Source: Azolla caroliniana (taxonomy: Eukaryota; Plantae; Polypodiophyta). From it: a stretch of 64,000 nt of DNA. A program made the translations under genes and the position numbers. Below the pieces are notes generated by a model. It did not search any database and was not told the DNA's origin. It saw nothing but the letters and a program-made list of their open reading frames with translations. Where the stretch lies: contig JBHGNT010000035.1 in assembly GCA_043228905.1 (NCBI GenBank), positions 1-64,000 on the forward strand, written 5' to 3'. This document shows positions 63,501 through 64,000 of the stretch, in pieces. Numbering within the stretch: position 1 is the stretch's first letter; each line of letters begins with the position of its first letter.

Positions 63501-64000
63501 AGTTTCAAAATCTTGATTTTTTAATTCCATATCATAGCTAGCGTTGTTAGATTCGATTCGCATGTTTGAACACAAAAATCCGATATCACACGAGCCAGGT
63601 AGGAACATTTTAATTTACTGAAGGGCTCCTCTCAACTCCCTCCTCAAGTTTGCTATTTTCGTCATGTCTCTCGAACTGAGTTTCAAAATCTTGATTTTGT
63701 AATTCCATATCATAGCTAGCGTTGTTAGCTTCGATTCGCATGTTTGAACACAAAAATCCGATATGACACGAGCCAGGTATGAACATTTTAATTTACCTAA
63801 TAGCTCTTCTCAACTCACTCCTCATATTTTGTAATTTCGTCATGTCTCTCGACCTGAGTTTCAAAATCCTGATTTTTTAATTCTATATCATAGCTAGCGT
63901 TGTTAGCTTCGATTCGCATATTTGAACACATAAATCCGATATCACACGAGCCAGGTATGAACATTTTAATTTACTCAAGGGCTCCCTCAACTCCCTCAAG
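54567..64000. repeat. 178-bp tandem satellite array, right block, with 8-mer HOR (~1423 bp) and a block repeated at 7071-bp spacing
   Basis: GATGTGAG variant at 54706, 56797, 58219 and 59642. Near-identical spurious ORFs at 55094/62165 and 55808/62879 are both spaced 7071. Confidence 0.97.

Noticed and set aside
154-63608. Many 61-72 aa ORFs within the satellite (MLASIRMFE.., MSKLK..)
   Set aside because: They are translations of the 178-bp repeat where single variants remove a stop; many have non-ATG starts and none resembles a known protein.
1-64000. Identity with Arabidopsis CEN178 because of equal monomer length
   Set aside because: The sequence does not resemble CEN178 as I recall it; equal length is expected from nucleosome-scale convergence. 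A BLAST search would settle it.

Overview
Eukaryotic repeat DNA with no host genes. About 53.5 kb is a head-to-tail, single-orientation 178-bp satellite array (probably centromeric or pericentromeric) with sequence subfamilies and nested higher-order repeats. Two minus-strand retroelements interrupt it. (1) A ~4.65-kb Penelope-like element (PLE, ~16781-21429), 5'-truncated and with no recognisable endonuclease. Its Pro/Gln/His-rich ORF1 is joined to the RT frame by an apparent programmed -1 frameshift (A_AAA_AAC plus hairpin). Its 3' UTR holds a minimal type I hammerhead ribozyme and, further 3', repeated plant-telomere-template-like CCCUAAACCCU motifs. It has no target-site duplication and ~40 bp of satellite phase is missing, as expected for endonuclease-independent repair of a break. 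(2) A complete, very young Ty3/gypsy chromovirus (48800-54566) with apparently identical 456-bp LTRs, an ATTGC TSD, a gag/pol -1 frameshift with predicted pseudoknot, a Tf1-type self-priming PBS and a chromodomain. TTTAGGG motifs plus a Tcn1/Tf1-like chromovirus suggest a non-seed plant host (inference only). All short ORFs in the satellite are artefacts. Everything was read by eye; no alignment, folding or database search was run.
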